A stretch of DNA of 64,000 nt from Azolla caroliniana (taxonomy: Eukaryota; Plantae; Polypodiophyta): contig JBHGNT010000007.1 in the NCBI GenBank assembly GCA_043228905.1, positions 8,618,001 through 8,682,000 of the forward strand. The letters are read 5' to 3'. Made by a program: the position numbers and the translations under genes. This document shows, piece after piece, positions 62,352 through 64,000 of the stretch. Below the pieces are notes generated by a model that was not told the origin of the DNA, did no database searches, and was given only the letters and a program-made list of their open reading frames with translations. How positions within the stretch are numbered: the stretch's first letter is position 1; each line of letters opens with the position of its first letter.

Positions 62352-64000
62352 TGTTACCGGCCGGCAAGGAGTCCAAAATACGGAGTGAAGGAATTAATTA
62401 AGTATGGTTGTAAATAAGCATAGTGTGGACGGACGGACTGGAAACGGTATGCCGTTCCAGATCCGGACGGATCCCGAATAGGTGCGATAGGCACCGTTTT
62501 GTACTACGGGCCGGAAACCTATTTAAAGGCCCGGACCCCATTGTAATCGCAGCGGATAATTAATAGAGCGTATGGTGTTTATACTTCTGTGTTGATTTCC
62601 GTTCTGTATTACTGTTATATCTTACGCGTGTAATTAACAAAAGCGCTCTAATCGTGTAACCTACTTAGGTCGGTGTAATCGTTGAGTCATAATCCTATGC
62701 CGTAATCATCCTTTGGTGAAGTGTCTCCGTGACACCTTGTGTTAGGCCTTGTCCGGTCAGAGAATAACACAGTTTTGGCGACCACGATTCCTGCTTTCTC
62801 GCAGCGAACGACGGCTTAATGGATGACGAGACCAACGCAAGACCTGGTTACAGACCGAGCTCGACGGCTCGCCGAACGACAAAGACGGCGTGAGACTTTC
62901 CAGCAAGCAGCGCACGAAATTCGCTCGGATCGTTCGTTCTCCAACGAGATCCGGAGAGTCGCGGAGGAATCTCTTCGGTTACAGCAAACTCGCGACCAGG
63001 ACGACGGAAGCAGTCTAAGTAGTCTCCGGGAAACCGAACGCCTCCTCGAGGCGCTGGCAAGCGGAGAAAACGAGGCAGAAGCCTTTTCAACCTACGAATC
63101 GGATTCCGAAGGGGGATACAGCGTGCACACGAATTACCGGAGCAGCAACGATACCCCCGGCGGCCCGGAGGACGACGGGTCGGATACCGTGCCGACTCCA
63201 GAACCGGAACCGTTCGACCAGGGCTATCCGGAACCGCAAACGGAAGCCGTCAACCCACCAACACCGGAAGTGGAAGAAGCAAAGCCACCGACACCAACGA
63301 AAGAGCCGGCGAAGGTACCGGAAGAAGAGCCGGTGAAGGAACCGGAAAAAGAACCGGAAGAGGAACCGGAAAAAGCACCGGCAAAAGAACCGGAAGTGGA
63401 ACCGGAGAGAAAACCGGAAAGATATCAACAAACGCCACTAAACCGCGGCCTAATACTGGACGACGACATGCCGTTCCAATACTCAAAGTATCGCGATGAT
63501 CCGGACGCGGAAGCGCATGTTCATGCCTTCGAGCAGACATGGGAAGCAAATCACGCGTCCCAGCGAATGACACCGGAGGAAGAAGAACGCTCGAAGATAG
63601 CGGAATTCGGGGTCACGTTGGAAGGACCAGCGGCACGATGGCGGCGGACGCAGGACCCGGCGACCATCACAACCTTTGCAGAATTAAAAGCAAAATTCTT
63701 GCATTTTTTCCACAAGGAGGTCGACCAGACGACAATGGTGGGCCTGTTTTATACGATCCGACAGGAGGCAGGGGAAAGCATTCCCCAATTCGTCATCCGT
63801 TTCCAACAAATGCATAGCCAGCTTGCCCGTGCACCCCCGGAGGAGGAATTACGGACGATATTTTTAAACGCACTCCGGGAACCGTTACGCACGGTGTGTA
63901 CGGTAATCGACTTTCGAGGAAGCACCATTGACCAGGTCATTGACCGGGTCAGAGAAATGGAAAAGTCAAGCTCATGGCTTACACTGGGAACACTGCAACG
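62352..64000 (+). mobile_element. Element N: gypsy related to A (5' LTR 62352-62769, PBS 62776-62785), runs off the window
   Basis: TGTTA...TAACA LTR; CAGTTT-TGGCGACCAC PBS. Confidence 0.9.
62823..64000 (+). CDS. gag: Element N gag, apparently open to the window end
   Basis: MTRPTQDLVTDRARR...YSKYRDDPDAEAHVHAFEQTWEANH, homologous to A gag; 12-bp EPEK-type repeats at about 63300-63420. Confidence 0.85.
   Translation, partial: MTRPTQDLVTDRARRLAERQRRRETFQQAAHEIRSDRSFSNEIRRVAEESLRLQQTRDQDDGSSLSSLRETERLLEALASGENEAEAFSTYESDSEGGYSVHTNYRSSNDTPGGPEDDGSDTVPTPEPEPFDQGYPEPQTEAVNPPTPEVEEAKPPTPTKEPAKVPEEEPVKEPEKEPEEEPEKAPAKEPEVEPERKPERYQQTPLNRGLILDDDMPFQYSKYRDDPDAEAHVHAFEQTWEANHASQRMTPEEEERSKIAEFGVTLEGPAARWRRTQDPATITTFAELKAKFLHFFHKEVDQTTMVGLFYTIRQEAGESIPQFVIRFQQMHSQLARAPPEEELRTIFLNALREPLRTVCTVIDFRGSTIDQVIDRVREMEKSSSWLTLGTLQ

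Overview
Eukaryotic, TE-saturated plant DNA. It is probably from a non-seed plant such as a fern or lycophyte (inferred from an unedited plastid rpoC1 fragment and a Tcn1-like chromovirus). About 90% of the window is nested LTR retrotransposons, resolved by paired LTRs and target-site duplications (TSDs). Gypsy A (786-17988, -) contains gypsy B (7987-15093, +). Copia E (18257-54519, +) contains F > C > D > I > J > K (seven levels counting E), and also G, which carries a plastid insert. Fragments O, M, L and N lie at the right end. Removing A and E at their TSDs rejoins one reading frame (1-785 + 17994-18256 + 54525-~56628). It encodes an intron-containing, decayed gene with a ParB/Srx-like domain followed by a beta-class N6A/N4C DNA methyltransferase (DIPY ... 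NPYQKP ... DLFSGIG). This is the top finding. Second, gypsy-type elements A and C have unrelated LTRs, yet both lack a polypurine tract and carry the same 16-nt tRNA-Arg 3'-end sequence in its place, suggesting two-tRNA priming. Also seen: tRNA-like Pol III units inside LTRs, a fungal-like tRNA-Trp-primed gypsy with a 4-bp TSD and a -1 frameshift after the protease, and a self-priming chromovirus. Coordinates were read by eye. Family and tRNA assignments come from recalled motifs, not database searches.
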